A DNA stretch of 64,000 nucleotides, taken from sequence record MN709127.1. The stretch is one strand, 5' to 3'. The notes beneath the pieces were generated by a model. The model saw nothing but the letters and a program-made list of their open reading frames with translations, was not told where the DNA came from and made no database searches. The position numbers were made by a program, and so were the translations under genes. Source of the DNA: Escherichia phage Ec_Makalu_002. Below, in pieces: positions 63,706 to 64,000 of this stretch (position 1 is the first letter of the stretch; every line of letters begins with the position of its first letter).

Positions 63706-64000
63706 ATGCAAGATATTAAGAACAAAATTTTGATGCAGTTTCCGAATGCAGATATCAAGTATTTAGAAAAGTATCTAGAAATTTGTGCAAACCCAGATAA
63801 GGATGGGGAATTAGAGAGGCATCATATTCTACCAAAATCAATTTGGAAGGAATATGAAGACCTTAAAATTCATGATTTTAATGCTGTTCACTTGAACACC
63901 GTTCGTCATATGATGGCACACTACTATTTCAGTAAAGCAACAAATTCCATTTGGAAGTCTGTTGTTATGATGTTTAATACCAGAATTGATATTATGAAGG
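63706..64000 (+). CDS. HNH homing endonuclease-like protein (5' part; runs off window end)
   Basis: MQDIKNKIL...ERHHILPKSIW..., HNH-type signature; SD AGGAG; no stop before 64000. Confidence 0.55.
   Translation, partial: MQDIKNKILMQFPNADIKYLEKYLEICANPDKDGELERHHILPKSIWKEYEDLKIHDFNAVHLNTVRHMMAHYYFSKATNSIWKSVVMMFNTRIDIMK

Overview
This window reads as the rIIA-proximal ~64 kb of a T4-like (Tevenvirinae-type) myovirus genome. Almost all genes lie on the minus strand in tight tandem tiling with ATGA/TAATG overlaps. The recognisable backbone follows T4 order: rIIA, fused topoisomerase 39/60, dexA, dda, srd-like, modA-like ADP-ribosyltransferase, 56, 61, 41, uvsX, 43, regA, 62, 44, 45, 46, 47, 55, nrdG, nrdD, 49, nrdC, dam, tk, regB, then 57B(Acb1-like)-57A-1-3-2. 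No gene 42, beta-gt or imm sits between uvsX and gene 43, so the DNA is probably not hydroxymethylated. Between the core genes are hyperplastic stretches of small ORFs, and about 20 copies of a recurrent intergenic cassette (sigma70-like TTGACA-N16/17-TATAAT promoter with a GC hairpin and a conserved CATCGAAAC box, often directly behind a rho-independent terminator), resembling the PeSL elements described for RB49-like phages. The most notable items are two tandem arrays of paralogous genes built from one unrecognised ~90-aa domain flanking nrdG-nrdD, a GrcA/YfiD-like glycyl-radical spare-part gene, an orphan gp38-like glycine-rich adhesin gene, a set of apparent anti-defence genes (Acb1-like, Dmd-like, macro domain, ART), a T5-type M15 endolysin with small 2-TM proteins, and two structured non-coding stretches. 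All homology calls come from reading the translations and from memory of T4 protein families; no database search was run.
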